A stretch of 63,067 nt of DNA from Vicinamibacterales bacterium (GTDB lineage: Bacteria > Acidobacteriota > Vicinamibacteria > Vicinamibacterales > CAVVIG01). The DNA lies in the NCBI GenBank assembly GCA_036489235.1, contig DASXGC010000064.1:1-63067 (forward strand). Direction: 5' to 3'. This document shows positions 62,859-63,067 of the stretch, piece after piece. The translations under genes were made by a program, and so were the position numbers. The notes below the pieces were generated by a model. The model had not been told where the DNA came from and searched no databases. It saw only the letters and a list, made by a program, of their open reading frames with translations. The stretch's first letter is position 1, and each line of letters starts with the position of its first letter.

Positions 62859-63067
62859 CGCACTGGCCGGCTTGCCCCGCCGCTTTCGCGATGCGATGAA
62901 GAACCTCGCCATCATCGTCGAGGACGAGCCGTCAGCCGCGCTCCTGCACGAGATGGACATCGAGCCGCCGGATACCCTTCTCGGCTTGTATCAAGGCACT
63001 CCGCTCACCGAACGTGGCTGGGATTACGGGAACGCGCTGCCGGATCGCATCCTGATTTTTCAGGGTC
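62824..63067 (+). CDS. Partial zinicin-like metallopeptidase-family (DUF1025) protein, runs off the right edge
   Basis: An open frame from the GTG at 62824 reads VQRSAFEKLVADALAGLPRRFRDAMKNLAIIVEDEPS..LGLYQG.P. It is not in the ORF track because there is no stop in the window. It overlaps the nth 3' end. Confidence 0.55.
   Translation, partial: MQRSAFEKLVADALAGLPRRFRDAMKNLAIIVEDEPSAALLHEMDIEPPDTLLGLYQGTPLTERGWDYGNALPDRILIFQG

Noticed and set aside
60218-62960. Minus-strand ORFs 60218..60949, 60895..61473, 61688..62158 and 61911..62960
   Set aside because: They are antisense to lexA, the SDR, the DUF3467 gene and nth.
1-63067. CRISPR arrays, rRNA genes, intact tRNAs, and IS elements or transposases
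   Set aside because: I saw no regularly spaced direct repeats, no rRNA-like conserved blocks, no complete cloverleaf and no transposase-like translation anywhere in the six-frame track.

Overview
This is a high-GC, gene-dense chromosomal segment with about 70 protein-coding genes. I found no rRNA, no intact tRNA and no CRISPR array. The gene content suggests an Acidobacteria-like soil bacterium, but that is inference only: an ECF43-type sigma factor paired with a Ser/Thr kinase, many Sec/Tat-exported redox enzymes, and a TonB-receptor remnant. The left edge (1-280) looks like the end of an integrated element. It holds the first codons of an integrase, a tandem 11-mer and an orphan 3' half of tRNA-Phe. 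The rest is mostly housekeeping and stress genes: hspR-cbpA-clpB-ftsH, rho, recG, rsmD, coaD, lexA, nth, and modABC. Two clusters stand out as possibly undescribed systems. (1) At 18192-24322 a six-gene minus-strand cluster encodes only exported proteins. It includes a Tat-exported flavin amine oxidase, a Tat-exported double VOC/extradiol-dioxygenase-like protein, and a c-type heme domain fused to a peptidylglycine/dopamine-beta-monooxygenase-like copper domain. (2) At 27689-33125 the molybdate transport locus has modA separated from modBC by a cassette. The cassette is a small exported molybdopterin-oxidoreductase-fold protein translationally coupled (ATGA) to a MauG/MbnH-like di-heme peroxidase, followed by an in-frame orphan C-terminal fragment of a TonB-dependent receptor. 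All functional calls come from motifs read in the supplied translations plus recalled family knowledge. No database search was run. Many long ORFs in the track are antisense shadow ORFs typical of high-GC DNA and were rejected.
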